A stretch of DNA of 64,000 bases from a candidate division FCPU426 bacterium (GCA_963771075.1 CAVYSE010000005.1:88859-152858), one strand, 5' to 3'. Shown: positions 18,894-30,000, counted from the first letter of the stretch. Made by a program: numbers and translations. Notes: generated by a model from the sequence alone, not told the origin.

Positions 18894-19049
18894 GTATATA
18901 TTATTGCATATGCGAATTAAGAATCAAGGGGTTTAGGGCCATTTACCAAACCACGAGAGTTTTTCTGAGGAACGATCCAAAAGGAAGGAGGCGGAAACCG
19001 CTTACGGTAGGCCCGATAGGAGTCACCGAGTTCCAGGCCGGGTCAATTG

Positions 19050-22000
19050 TTACCGAAGGACCAGCAGTTTGATGACCGAGGTCTTCCCGTTTGAAGCGGT
19101 CAGCTGAAGATAGTACAGCCCGTTGGAGAGCATGACCCCCGCATTGTCCAGGAGCGAAATCGTGACGGTCGAGCCGGGGTGGACCATGGCAATCGTCACG
19201 GTTTTGATCAGCCTCATGGAAACCGAATCAATGATGATCTTCAAACTGCCCTGGGGAAAGTTGGCGGGGACTGAAATGCTGACCGTGGTTCCTGCCACGG
19301 GGTTGGGATAGGCCCCGTAAACAATGGAAACGCCGTAGGAGGGCGTGGCGGTCCAGGTGGTGGTGGGGAGGGTGGTCTTGGTATAGGTAGCCGTGACCGT
19401 CGGGGTGGTGGTGGGAATCACAGTTGGGCTATAGGTGAAGGTGACCGTGGAAGTGACGGTGGAAGTCCAGGAGGGCGTGCTAGTGGGCAACACCGTCTGG
19501 GTATAGGTGAAGGACGGAGTGGAGGTATGGGTAAAGGTAGGGGTGGTGCTGGGTGTGGGCGTCACGGTGTTGGTCGCGGTAAACACGCCCGAAGTGAGGG
19601 TAAAGGTGGGGGTATAGGTCACGGTCATTGTTTGGGTTGGGCTGGAAGTGGGTGTTCCGGGCGTGATGGACCATGTCGTTGTAGCGGTGATTGTCACTGT
19701 GGGGGTGCAGGTGGGGGTGGAGGTCACGGTAACGGTCCCTTCGACGGTAGGTGTGGCTGTTCGGGTGAGGGTAGGCGTATAGGTGGCCATGGAAAAGGAA
19801 GTAGGCGTTCCCGTTAGGGAATTGGTGGGAGTGGCCGTGGGTGTGTAGGTAATCAAGGTGCCCGTAAAGGTCACGGTAGGCGATGAGGTGACGGTATAGG
19901 TGGCTGTAATGGTGGGCGTTGAGGCATTCGTGGGTGTGGAGGTAAAGGGCACGCAACCCAGCACAGCCGCCTCATTGACGTTTAACAAGCTACTGCCCCC
20001 GTTATAACCGCCTACCGCATACATCACGTTGTTGATGACTCCCACGCCCAATTCTTCGCGGGCGGTGGGCATGGCGGTCGATGCCTTCCATGAGCTGGTG
20101 GAGGGGTTATAAGCCTCAACGGTGTTCAATACCGGGCCGTCATCAAACCCACCCAAGGCGTAAAGAATTCCATTCAGGACACCCGCTCCCAAGAAATAAC
20201 GCGCGGTCGGCATGGGAGCCAGTGTGGTCCAGGTGTTCGTGGAGGGGTTATAGGCGTTCAGGTAATTGACGGGCGCTCCGCCGCCGCCGACGGTATATAA
20301 AATCCCGTTGATCGTACCCGCCGCCATGTACCAGTAGTTATTTGTGGATTGGGTTGGAAGCGGGGCCATTTCGGACCAGGTGTTCGTCGCGGGATTATAG
20401 GCTTCCACCGCGTTGGTATAGGCAGTGCTCGTTTCGCCACCCATTGCGTAAAGGATTCCATTGACCACGCCCACGCATAACCCCTGACGGGCCGTCGGCA
20501 TGGGGGCCATCATGCTCCAGGTATTGGTGGAAGGGTTATAGGCTTGCAGCATATTCGTGGAAGAGCCGTTATCCCCTCCCACGACATAAAGGATGCCATT
20601 GACGGCTCCCACAGCGAATCCGGTGCATGTGGACGGCATGGAAGGGAAGGTGGTCCAGGTATTCGTCGAAGGGTTGTAAACCTCATTCGAGTTCGCGATC
20701 GCGGGATTTTCCCCCACCACATAGAGCTGCCCATTGACGACCCCTAAGCCCATTCCATCCTGGTTAGCCAACATGGGGGCCAGGGTGGTCCAACTCAGGT
20801 TCAGGCCGGTTCCTGGCCCGCAGGAGGTGGGTGTGTATTGGACGGTGGGTGTGATGGTAGGGCTATAGATCGGGGTGTTGGTAACGGTAATGGTCCCTTC
20901 GACGGTGGGAGTCGCCGAATTGGTATAGGTCCAAGTCGGGGTGGGTGTATTTCCTGGAAGGAGCAGTGCCCAGGTTGAAAAATGGTTGGTGACAACGGTG
21001 ATGGTGTCCAAGGTCGTATTCAAGGTGCCAGGCACCGCCACCCAGTTGGAACCGTCATAGTAATCGACCTGCAGGCTGGTGGGCGATTGTCCGCCCAATT
21101 CGGAGGGGTTGTAGGTGAATGTCAGGGTCACGGTGTTCGAGCCGAATTCGCTCACCGGTCCGGTAGAACTATCCGCCTCGAAAGTATAGAGGGTGCCGTC
21201 GGGCGCTAGGAAGCTTCCCAAGGGTGGGCCTGACGAAGCCGCTATCTGGTCGACGGTCACTGTTGTTCCCGAGCTTAAAACCCCCGCGCCAATACTGACG
21301 CTGGTTCCATTGGCCAATGCTACCGCCACCCCACTTGCCCCCGACGTGGCTTGCGCGGTGGCGATGGGTGTGGGAATCGCAGTGGTTGTGGTGGTTGACG
21401 TGATGGTTGGGGTGAAGGTTGGGGTTTGGGTGAAGCTGTTGGTGGACGTTGGGGTATTGGTATTAGTGGTGGTTGGCGTTCGGGTGGGGGTGTAAGTAGT
21501 AGTCGTGGTATAGGTAAAGATGCCGGAAGTCATAGTCCAGGTAATGGTATTGGTGACGGTAGTGGTTAGGGTGGGGGTTAGGGAAATGGTCATGGTGAGC
21601 GTTACCGTACCGGGTGTTCCTGTCATTGTTTTGGTGTTGGTGTTGGTATTGGTGACGGTGGTGGTTAGGGTGACGGTGGTGGTTCGGGTTGGGGTTTGGG
21701 TATGGGTCATTGTGGGCGTTACCGTACCAGGTGTTCCTGTCATCGTTTCGGTGTTGGTGTTGGTGGGTGTATTGGTAAGCGTGTAGGTGTTGTAGGGCGT
21801 CAGGGGATCGGTTGTGCCGGTGGCCGTGAAGGTATCGGTACCGGTGAAAGTGCCGGTGAAAGTATAGGTGGGTGTGGCAGTGATCGTGGGCGTGTAAGAG
21901 GTAGTCGAGGTGTTGGTGACGGTCAAAGAATAGGTCGGGGTGTTGGTGGATGTGCCCGTTGGGAAGGGACTGGGGGTGTAAGTAGAAGTGATCGTATTGG

Positions 22001-22877
22001 AAAAGGTTGGCGTGCTGGTGATCGTGGGCGTCGGGGTAATCGTATTGGTCGGAAAGGGCGTCAAGGGGGTTAAGGTTTGGGTGGGGGTAGTGGTGGGGGT
22101 GTAAGTAGTAGTCGTGGTATAGGTCATGGCGGCGGGTGTCCAGGTCACGGTGGATGTATTGGTGAAGGTGGTAGTGGCGGTGGTCGTTGGGGTTCGGGTA
22201 TAGGTCGTTGTGGATGTTGCGGTATTGGTATTAGTGGTGGTAGGGGTTTGGGTGAAAGCGGGGGTGCGCGTATAAGTCGTGGTATAGGTCATGATTCCGG
22301 AAGTCCAGGTCCAGGTGCCTGTATTGGTGACGGTTGCGGTGGTGGTTGGGGTTTGGGTATTGGTCATTGTGGGCGTTACACAGGTAGTATTTACCAGAGT
22401 CTGAGTGTTGGTCATGGTGGGTGTATTGGTAAGGGTGTAGGTGTTGTAGGGAGTCAGGGGATCAGTTGTGGCGGTGGCCGTGAAGGTATCCGTGCCAGTG
22501 GAAGTGCCGGTAAAAGTGAAGGTGGGTGTGGAAGTGATCGTGGGCGTGAAAGAGGAAGTCGGGGTCAAGGTGATGGTCCACGTGTAGGTTTGGGTGCCTG
22601 TGGATGTTTCCGTCGGAAAGGGAGTTGGGGTGTAGGTAGAAGTTGTGGTATTGGAAAAGGTTGGAGTGTTGGTGATCGTGGGCGTCGGGGTAATCGTATC
22701 GGTTGGAAAGGGCGTCAAGGGGGTTAAGGTTTGGGTGGGGGTGGTGGTTGGGGTGTCGGTAAGAACCGTGGCGGTAATCGTATTGGTGGGGGTTTGGGTA
22801 GAGGTAACAGTGGCATAAGAATAACCAAAACTAAAAATAGCCAGTAATCCAACGACGTAGATATTTGGTCTTTTCAT
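19050..22877 (-). CDS. Secreted Thr/Pro-rich surface protein with ZU5-like domain, six Kelch repeats and C-terminal sorting-like domain
   Basis: Signal peptide; ~480-aa Thr-rich tract with 654-bp internal duplication; TNHFS; (LYxx[16 protein letters not shown]) repeats; AYPNP..SNGLYY..KLLVLR. Confidence 0.9.
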   Translation of the reverse strand: MKRPNIYVVGLLAIFSFGYSYATVTSTQTPTNTITATVLTDTPTTTPTQTLTPLTPFPTDTITPTPTITNTPTFSNTTTSTYTPTPFPTETSTGTQTYTWTITLTPTSSFTPTITSTPTFTFTGTSTGTDTFTATATTDPLTPYNTYTLTNTPTMTNTQTLVNTTCVTPTMTNTQTPTTTATVTNTGTWTWTSGIMTYTTTYTRTPAFTQTPTTTNTNTATSTTTYTRTPTTTATTTFTNTSTVTWTPAAMTYTTTTTYTPTTTPTQTLTPLTPFPTNTITPTPTITSTPTFSNTITSTYTPSPFPTGTSTNTPTYSLTVTNTSTTSYTPTITATPTYTFTGTFTGTDTFTATGTTDPLTPYNTYTLTNTPTNTNTETMTGTPGTVTPTMTHTQTPTRTTTVTLTTTVTNTNTNTKTMTGTPGTVTLTMTISLTPTLTTTVTNTITWTMTSGIFTYTTTTTYTPTRTPTTTNTNTPTSTNSFTQTPTFTPTITSTTTTTAIPTPIATAQATSGASGVAVALANGTSVSIGAGVLSSGTTVTVDQIAASSGPPLGSFLAPDGTLYTFEADSSTGPVSEFGSNTVTLTFTYNPSELGGQSPTSLQVDYYDGSNWVAVPGTLNTTLDTITVVTNHFSTWALLLPGNTPTPTWTYTNSATPTVEGTITVTNTPIYSPTITPTVQYTPTSCGPGTGLNLSWTTLAPMLANQDGMGLGVVNGQLYVVGENPAIANSNEVYNPSTNTWTTFPSMPSTCTGFAVGAVNGILYVVGGDNGSSTNMLQAYNPSTNTWSMMAPMPTARQGLCVGVVNGILYAMGGETSTAYTNAVEAYNPATNTWSEMAPLPTQSTNNYWYMAAGTINGILYTVGGGGAPVNYLNAYNPSTNTWTTLAPMPTARYFLGAGVLNGILYALGGFDDGPVLNTVEAYNPSTSSWKASTAMPTAREELGVGVINNVMYAVGGYNGGSSLLNVNEAAVLGCVPFTSTPTNASTPTITATYTVTSSPTVTFTGTLITYTPTATPTNSLTGTPTSFSMATYTPTLTRTATPTVEGTVTVTSTPTCTPTVTITATTTWSITPGTPTSSPTQTMTVTYTPTFTLTSGVFTATNTVTPTPSTTPTFTHTSTPSFTYTQTVLPTSTPSWTSTVTSTVTFTYSPTVIPTTTPTVTATYTKTTLPTTTWTATPSYGVSIVYGAYPNPVAGTTVSISVPANFPQGSLKIIIDSVSMRLIKTVTIAMVHPGSTVTISLLDNAGVMLSNGLYYLQLTASNGKTSVIKLLVLR

Positions 22878-23039
22878 ATATAGAACCCTCCGAACCTATA
22901 GACGGGAAAAGGAAGATTTATTTCAAAAAATAATTAATTTTCCGGGAATAGAGAGGCGGGAATGGAAAGGCCTGGTTGGCCCAATTTCCCAAAAAATGAG
23001 TAGTTTTTAGGGTTTTTAAGGGTCTAAGGGTGAAGGTTT

Positions 23040-25139
23040 TTAATGTTTCCCCGAATAGTTCACCATGGCCTTGGCGTAGGCATCTTTGTATTTTTCATAA
23101 AGTTGGGCGTTGGGGGGCTGGAGATTTCCGGCCAACTGGTATTGTTTCGCGGCCATGGCGTAATCCTTCCTATCCATATATAAGTCCCCTAAGTGCTCGT
23201 GAAATACCGGCTCTTTGGGCATCAATAGGCTGGCCTTGTTGAATGTCGCGACCGCCTGGTCCACACGGCCGGTTTTTTGGTAAAGCGAGGCGAGGCTATC
23301 CAAGTAGTCCGGGTTGGATGGATCCATGGAATAGGCGGTTTGAAACGCACTTTCCGCCTCTTTGATCCTTTTCAAGTTCCAGTAGGTGATGCCCATGTCG
23401 TGGTAGGCGTCGCTGAAATCGGGCTGGATGCGAATGGCCTTTTGGATCGCGTCCAAGGCTTCCGGCTCGGCGCCTTTTCGTTCATAGGAATACCAGAGGT
23501 ATTGGTACAGGTCCGGCGGGACGTTGGAACCGTAAAGGGCCTCGGATCGAAGGAATTCGGCGATCCCCTGGTCCACCTGGTTTTGGGCGATATAAACCGC
23601 GCCCTTTTCCATATTCAAATGGGGGTCGGGCGGTGGCATGGTTATGGCGATGTCAAATTCCCGAAGGGCCTCGTCGTTGCGCCGGGATAGGGCGTAGGAA
23701 CGGGCCAGGTTGGCGTGGGGGACGCGGGCATCGGGAAAAAGTTTCACGGCGTTCTCCCAAAGCGCGATGGAATTTTTCCAAGTGGAAAGCTGGCGCAGGG
23801 TGCCGGCGCCCAAACCCAGGGTGAGGACCAATCCCGCCAAGGCCAGGGTGGCAGGTTTGGGGGAGGTCCATTTGACCAACTGGGCGGCGGCCAAGAGAAA
23901 CAAACCGAGGCTGGGGAGGTAGGTATAGCGGTCGGCGGAAGCCTGCAATCCCACCTGCACGATCCCCAGGACGGGGCCGAGGGTGACGAGGAAATACAAC
24001 CCGGCGATGGGTAAATAGGGAAACTTCTTACGAAGCAGGAAAAAGGCCGCGCTCAGGATCAGGACGGCAAGGGCCGCGCCCATGTTGACCAGGGTAAAGG
24101 GGTTCTTGTCGGCGGGCATGGGATAGTAGGGGGCCAAGCCGGTGGGGACCAGGAATTTGTAGAGATAAAAGACGATGGAATGGAAAGCGTTCATGACCCG
24201 GAAATCCAGGGGCAAATCCTGCATCAAGAGCATCGCGCCGGCTTTGGCTTGGGCGTAGTAGGTTACGACCGCGAAAACGATGGAGGCGATGAAAAAGAGG
24301 GTCTTTTCCTTCAGCAAATTCAGAAAACCTTCCCGGAGCCGGCCCAGGGGCCGGATATCCAAAAGGACCAGAATCAGGGGCAAGGTGATGGCCATGGGTT
24401 TGGCCAGCAGGGAAAGGATGAATGAAAAAAATGAGAGGGCCAGAAACCAGGTCCTCTTTTTGGCGCCGATGAACCCGGGCGGGGTCGGGTAGCCCAGGTA
24501 AAAAAACAGGCTCAAGAGAAAATAGAAGGCGCACAGAACGTCCTTCCGCTCCGAGCACCAGGCTACGGATTCCACGTGGATCGGGTGAAGCCCCCAAAGC
24601 AGTGAACCCAACCCCGCGATCGCCCATAAGGGGAGTGAACTTCGTGGTTCTTCCCGGGTGGTTAACTTTTGGTTTTGGATTTTCGAAGAAGGCTTCCCTA
24701 TAGCCTTTCCGGATTCCGAATGGGTGTGGGTTCCGGTGTTCCTGGGCCCCTGGGGTAAAGATTCGGTTTTTGTTTTTTCCGCCAGGTTCAACAACCGCAG
24801 GCTGACGAAAAAGACCAAAACCGTGTTCAGCGCGTGCAAGATCAGGTTGTGAAGGTGATAAATCCATGGATGGTATTGGGCAAAATGGTAGTCCGAGGCC
24901 AGGGAGATCCAGGTCAGGGGGATCCAATTGCCGCTGTCGAAGTTGGTCCAAGCCCATTTGAAAAAGGCGGGGCCAAGCGTTTGGATGTGGTTGTTGGCGA
25001 AGATGAAGACCTGGTCATCCCAGGTGACGAAGTCGTAGCCCAGGACCGGCAGGTAAACCATGAAGGTGAGGATCCCTGGCAGGAACCCTAGCCAAAAGGT
25101 TTGGAAGGATAGACGCCTGGGGGTGACTTGTTCGAGCAT
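23040..25139 (-). CDS. TMTC-like GT-C glycosyltransferase with C-terminal TPRs
   Basis: FVTWDD, LHPIHVESVAWCSERKDVL, ADRYTYLP, WKNSIALW, then TPRs. Confidence 0.88.
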   Translation of the reverse strand: MLEQVTPRRLSFQTFWLGFLPGILTFMVYLPVLGYDFVTWDDQVFIFANNHIQTLGPAFFKWAWTNFDSGNWIPLTWISLASDYHFAQYHPWIYHLHNLILHALNTVLVFFVSLRLLNLAEKTKTESLPQGPRNTGTHTHSESGKAIGKPSSKIQNQKLTTREEPRSSLPLWAIAGLGSLLWGLHPIHVESVAWCSERKDVLCAFYFLLSLFFYLGYPTPPGFIGAKKRTWFLALSFFSFILSLLAKPMAITLPLILVLLDIRPLGRLREGFLNLLKEKTLFFIASIVFAVVTYYAQAKAGAMLLMQDLPLDFRVMNAFHSIVFYLYKFLVPTGLAPYYPMPADKNPFTLVNMGAALAVLILSAAFFLLRKKFPYLPIAGLYFLVTLGPVLGIVQVGLQASADRYTYLPSLGLFLLAAAQLVKWTSPKPATLALAGLVLTLGLGAGTLRQLSTWKNSIALWENAVKLFPDARVPHANLARSYALSRRNDEALREFDIAITMPPPDPHLNMEKGAVYIAQNQVDQGIAEFLRSEALYGSNVPPDLYQYLWYSYERKGAEPEALDAIQKAIRIQPDFSDAYHDMGITYWNLKRIKEAESAFQTAYSMDPSNPDYLDSLASLYQKTGRVDQAVATFNKASLLMPKEPVFHEHLGDLYMDRKDYAMAAKQYQLAGNLQPPNAQLYEKYKDAYAKAMVNYSGKH

Positions 25140-25256
25140 AAACCTCTAATCGGTTGCTGGAGAAGCAGCTAAATCGGGTTTTTCACCCATGCCTCTTTGA
25201 AACGGCATAACCAAAGTAAATGGAGACCTATTGGGCTCCAATTTATTCACACTTAA

Positions 25257-25330
25257 AGACTATAACAAAACCTAATTTCACCACAGGCCGCCTTTGGCGG
25301 CCACATGCCGACCATCCATGAGACATTAAA
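25257..25330. repeat. Dispersed hairpin repeat shared with 56681-56847
   Basis: 25257-25305 is the exact reverse complement of 56799-56847; 25302-25330 resembles 56715-56743. Confidence 0.85.
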
Positions 25331-25397
25331 TGGGGTCGGTATTGTCCCGATTTCTTTCGCCTTTTGGGCGAAAGGGGACAGAGAAAAAACTTTCTTA

Positions 25398-25634
25398 TTA
25401 AGCAAGCGTGTCGAACTTGGGGCTTGGCCCAGGATTTGAGCCTACCGCCTCGTCCTGGGTATCTCCCGAACCTTCCCCATCCTTCATGTCCCTGAGTTTC
25501 TTGTGTTCCCGGTTCAACTCATTTTGCAACTCGCGCGATTTTTGGCCGAAGCGCCTTCGGCGCGGAATCACTTTTTGGGCGCGGGGCGTTTGCACGATGG
25601 GGTCCACGGGCGGGAAGGGGTCGTCAACCGTCAT
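25398..25634 (-). CDS. Small hypothetical protein
   Basis: GGAGG RBS then MTVDDPFPPVDP..FDTLA. Confidence 0.55.
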   Translation of the reverse strand: MTVDDPFPPVDPIVQTPRAQKVIPRRRRFGQKSRELQNELNREHKKLRDMKDGEGSGDTQDEAVGSNPGPSPKFDTLA

Positions 25635-25653
25635 GGGAAACCTCCGAACCGGC

Positions 25654-26718
25654 TCAGGGTGGGGCGGGCAACTCGCCCGAGGGCTGGGCCGGAGGCGCGG
25701 TCTCGGGCACAGCCCTAGCCACGGGGGTGGGTGTTTCCCCACCGGGAGGAACCAGTTCCGGCGGGTTGGTTCGGGGCACATCCGTGTCGGGCGGGGGCGG
25801 AACATTAACGCCCGGCGCGGGTAAACGAGTTGGGGTCGGAGCGGGCGGGATGGGCGTATCCGTGGGGGCAGGCGGGGTGATTCGTTTGGGTAACTTTGTT
25901 TTTTTCTTAGGAGCCCGTTTGGGAATGGGGGTTGCGGTGGGGAGGGGAGTGACCGTGCTGGTGGCGGTCGCCGTGGGCGTGAAAGAGGGCGACCTTGTGG
26001 GGGTGACGGTCGGGGAATTGACTGGAACCGCGGTGGGGGTCGGGATGGGAGTGGGGGTCGTTATGAAAGAAAGAATATAGGGTTTAGCCTCTTCCAACCC
26101 GGGCGTGCCGTCCCAAAACCAAAGCATGCCCAGGAGCAGGAAAATGACGAACAAGACAAGATAAGCCCCGAAACTTGAGGATTTACGTTTTCCCACCCCC
26201 TCGATCTTCACCTTGAATATCTCGATCTTTTGGTCGATGTTCTTGAGATCCTTGACTCCCAGGGAGGCCACCTTGAACTCGCCCTTGTTCTTGATGTGGT
26301 GGTAAACATCGGAGGAAATGCAGATGCCCCCCGGTTCGGCGAGGGGGTAAATGCGCGCCGCGATATTGACGCCGTCGCCGAAGATGTCGTTGTCACGGAT
26401 GACAACATCGCCGATGTGGATGCCGATGCGAACCCGCCGCTGGTTGCCCGAGATACGGCTATGTTCCTGGAAACGCTTCTGGATGGTCACCGCGCATTTG
26501 ACCGCGTTGACCGCGCTGGAAAAGTCGGCCATGAAGGAATCCCCCACGGTCTTGATGACCCGGCCCTGATGCTTTTGGATCTCCTCGCGGATGAGGGTGT
26601 CGTGGAATTTCAGGAAGAGCAGGGTGCCGGTCTCGTCCTCGCCCATCATCTTGCTGTAGCCCACGATATCCGTGAACATGATGGCGGAAAGCCTGCGTTC
26701 CAGTTCCGACTCGGCCAT
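25654..26718 (-). CDS. Class III adenylate/guanylate cyclase with TM helix and Pro/Thr-rich tail
   Basis: AIMFTDIVGYS, KTVGD, RIGIHIGDV, DIFGDGVNIAAR. Confidence 0.93.
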   Translation of the reverse strand: MAESELERRLSAIMFTDIVGYSKMMGEDETGTLLFLKFHDTLIREEIQKHQGRVIKTVGDSFMADFSSAVNAVKCAVTIQKRFQEHSRISGNQRRVRIGIHIGDVVIRDNDIFGDGVNIAARIYPLAEPGGICISSDVYHHIKNKGEFKVASLGVKDLKNIDQKIEIFKVKIEGVGKRKSSSFGAYLVLFVIFLLLGMLWFWDGTPGLEEAKPYILSFITTPTPIPTPTAVPVNSPTVTPTRSPSFTPTATATSTVTPLPTATPIPKRAPKKKTKLPKRITPPAPTDTPIPPAPTPTRLPAPGVNVPPPPDTDVPRTNPPELVPPGGETPTPVARAVPETAPPAQPSGELPAPP

Positions 26719-26920
26719 AGGTCCCCTCAAAGTTATTCGTTAAACCTCGGACATTATATAAGTCAAAAAGGGGAAAGTTAAGAAAAGGGGGGCTTTTGCC
26801 CATTTTGAAAAATGACGAGGGAACTTAACCGGAATGAGGCGCTCGGGTCAGGCTTGCCAGGGCCCTCCAGGAGCGTGGTGGAGATCCCCGGACAAGCCCG
26901 GGGAATTCAACCCGGCGACT

Positions 26921-28149
26921 CTAAAAATTATAACTCACCTGAAGGTTGCCCTTTAGACCGCTCAAATCCACCGTCATGGGGGTGGTGCTGGGAGCCGGGT
27001 CTCCCGGATAGATATTGGGGGTTGTGCGGCCGTAGACAGGCCTTTCCACGTTCCCGCTGGAGACCGGAACGATCATGGTTCCAAAGTCGGTAGGCACCTT
27101 ATCCAAAGTAAGCGTCATTGTCTGGCCTTCGGAGTAGGTACCGGTCACGGGCGCCTGGAAATTGCTGGCGGAAGCGAACTGGTAACCGACCGATTGGGAA
27201 ACGACAAAACCTCCCCCCAAATCCCAGTCCAATCCCACTTGGGCCTGTCCGCCAAACCCTAAGCCCATGAAATTGCCGTTGATCGTATCCGTATCGTATT
27301 CCAGGGTGTCGGGGTTACCAAAGGAATCGCTGCTATTAAAGTTGATTTGCATCGCCACCAAGGCGAGGCCCCCGGAAATGAAGGGACGAAAATCCCCATG
27401 GGATAAAATGTAGCGGGCCTGGAGGCCAAAAAGCTCCGAGGTAATGGAATAGGAATCGGTCGCGATGAGTGGATAGGAAGGGTTGCCGGGGTTGGGGAGT
27501 TGAAAAGTATTGTTCACCGTACCGACGGGCAGAAAGGTCAGAAAGACACCCAGCTCAAACTCCGGGCCGAAACGCTGGGACCCTTCGATCCCGATTTGGG
27601 CGACCGCCTGGTCGGGAACGCTTCCCGAATAGGTCGGGGAATCGCCCATGCTTTGCGCGTATTGGCCCATGGCCACATAAGAGAGGCGTCGGCCTTGAAA
27701 TCATCCAGGGACATCATCGAAGCGCCGAAGGTCAGACGGACATCGTATTTTTTCGAGAAGGTGATGTCCTTGGGAGGGGCGGGCTGCATCGCGGCGACAT
27801 TGGGCTGGGGCGGGACATATCCCACTTGGGCCTGGAGCGCTTGGATGAATTGGGCGAGTTGGGGGTTGGGTTGGACCGATTCCACCCTCTGGTAATCGGC
27901 CAAAGCGGCGGCCTTGTTGCCCAGGGTGTACTCGCAGTTGGCCCGGCCCTGGTAGGCCGCCAGGTTGTTGGGGTCGAGGCTGATGGCCGCGCCGAAATAT
28001 TGAACGGCCAAGGCGTAATTTTTGGCGTTATAAAGCTGGAGACCGGCCTGGTAGTAATCCGCCGAAGTGGCGGCCTGGAGGCGGGGAGCGGCCACGAAAA
28101 CTGAAAGCAGGATCAATATCACACCCAACGAACGAATACGAAAGCGCAT
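26921..28149 (-). CDS. Secreted TPR plus outer-membrane beta-barrel protein, frameshift near 27680
   Basis: Signal peptide and TPR in ORF 27538-28188 join beta-strand ORF 26921-27676 ending in Phe; paralog 55190-56602 is one ORF. Confidence 0.8.
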
Positions 28150-28230
28150 AGGGTTACCTCGGGATAATTTGAAAAACGATAACGTCAACCAACCCTAGTT
28201 TAACAAAAGAAATTTTGATCGAAATGGAAT

Positions 28231-30000
28231 TTACCGCATTTTGCTATTTGTCAGGCTCTTGTGGACCTTGACTACCTGGAAAAAGGGACAGGGGTAGACC
28301 GTCTCAAACTCGGTTACCATCCCGTACTTTTCCCGCAAGCAAGTTTGGTAGAACCCCCTTTCCTCCTCCGTGGCGATGAGAAAAAGGTTGGGATTGTCCA
28401 CCAGGTCGAGAAAGAGGTTCTTCACCCCGAATCGGTTCATCATGGCGCGGGCGGTGGGGGTGCGCTGGAACCAGGTCAGGGGAAGCATGTTGAACCCCCG
28501 GAACATCTCGAAATCGCCGAAGGCGGGGTTGAACTCCATGGGAAAACCCGATTCCCAGACCACGTAAAGCTGTTGGTCGTTCGGGTGGATGCCGTCCATA
28601 GAGGCCTTGAAAAGGGACTCGCATTGGTTCCACCGCTGGTTTCGGGAAATTTCCTTCTGGAAAAAGTAAATGGAGAAAAGGGCCAGTAGAAGGGCGGAGC
28701 CCCAGGCGGACCAGCGGATGAAAGCGGTCTTCGCGGGGGGCAGGGAGGGGTCCTTCCATTTTGGCACCGCGTAAAAAACGCCCAGGGTGACCAGGAAGAA
28801 AAGGCCGGGCAGGAAAACCCTTTCGGGGAGCTTTTCCGAGAACATCAAATAACCCAGTGCCAGGAAAACCCAAAGGGCCGTCATCCCGAAAGCGCGGCCG
28901 GAACTGCGGGGAATAAGCCAAAGAATCGCGAACAGGAAAAGCAGGGAGATCTGGGTAGTGTCGAAGGAAAACTTATTGAAGAGGCTAAAGGCCGGATTCT
29001 TGTCGAAACCGTACTTGGGGAAATAATCGTTCAGTTTTTGGAGCTTATCGACGCTGTAGGTGTCCTCGTCCAGGAAGTACCAGCTTTGGAACAGGTTCAG
29101 GTCGTTAGCGGTCCAGCCGATAGAATCGAATACAGGCTTGCTCTTTTCGTCGTACACCGGGTTGCGGGCCTCGTGGAGCTCGAAATGTTGGTCGAAAAAT
29201 TCGGTGAATTTCATCCAGCCGGGATCCCGGTGGTAGAAGGCGTATTGGGTTCCGACCGATAGGCCGGCGGCCAAGGCGGTGACGACGAGCAGGCCCAGCA
29301 ATTTTTTTCGGGTCGGGGTCAAGGCCTGGCCCCGCCCCAGGGCCCCCAGGGTGGGGAGGGATAGGAGGACGATCAGGCCCACCGCCGGATAACGGATCTG
29401 GACGCCGAGGACCATCAATAAGAAGAACAAAAGGTACGCGAAGAGGGGGGGCTGACGGTCTTTCTCCCTCCAAAGTGCGGCCATTAATAGGATTCCCCCC
29501 AGCCCCGCCAGGGAGGAGGTCATGGTCCATTGTAGATTGGAGAAAAAGTAAGCTCCCAGCCCCGCGGAAGCGAAGAGGAACAAAAGGGTGCGGAAGCCCT
29601 TGTGTCCTCCCCATTGAAAAGCCGTCAAGAGGGCCCAAAAGGATAGGAACTGGGTCAAAACCAGCAGGCCGCTATACCACTGGAAGCCGGGAAAAAGTTT
29701 GTAGAGTGTCTTTAATAATGAACAAAGCAGGATGTTCTCCCGTTGATTGAGGGCGCTGGGGGCCTGGGTCAGGCCCACTCCCTTTAATAGAAGGAGAACT
29801 TGGACGTCATCCGCATATTGGAAGTGGGGTCGAAAAAAGGCGTAAATAAGGAGAACCAACCCCAAGGTGATCAAAAAGGAAGTGAAAAAAGGTTTGTCGG
29901 AAAAATATAGGATAAGTTTATAGAAAAGGGCAACTATCGATGTGGGTGAATTAGAAATTTTGGGAGGGTTGGTTTCCAAAAGATGACCTTGGGCTTTCAT
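28231..30000 (-). CDS. Polytopic membrane protein, possible GT-C glycosyltransferase
   Basis: Many TM helices; acidic ADD after the first TM. Confidence 0.65.
   Translation of the reverse strand: MKAQGHLLETNPPKISNSPTSIVALFYKLILYFSDKPFFTSFLITLGLVLLIYAFFRPHFQYADDVQVLLLLKGVGLTQAPSALNQRENILLCSLLKTLYKLFPGFQWYSGLLVLTQFLSFWALLTAFQWGGHKGFRTLLFLFASAGLGAYFFSNLQWTMTSSLAGLGGILLMAALWREKDRQPPLFAYLLFFLLMVLGVQIRYPAVGLIVLLSLPTLGALGRGQALTPTRKKLLGLLVVTALAAGLSVGTQYAFYHRDPGWMKFTEFFDQHFELHEARNPVYDEKSKPVFDSIGWTANDLNLFQSWYFLDEDTYSVDKLQKLNDYFPKYGFDKNPAFSLFNKFSFDTTQISLLFLFAILWLIPRSSGRAFGMTALWVFLALGYLMFSEKLPERVFLPGLFFLVTLGVFYAVPKWKDPSLPPAKTAFIRWSAWGSALLLALFSIYFFQKEISRNQRWNQCESLFKASMDGIHPNDQQLYVVWESGFPMEFNPAFGDFEMFRGFNMLPLTWFQRTPTARAMMNRFGVKNLFLDLVDNPNLFLIATEEERGFYQTCLREKYGMVTEFETVYPCPFFQVVKVHKSLTNSKMR

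Noticed and set aside
21193..22727. Val/Gly-rich +strand ORFs (also 1985-2191, 25727-26080)
   Set aside because: Antisense shadows of Thr/Pro repeat coding sequence.
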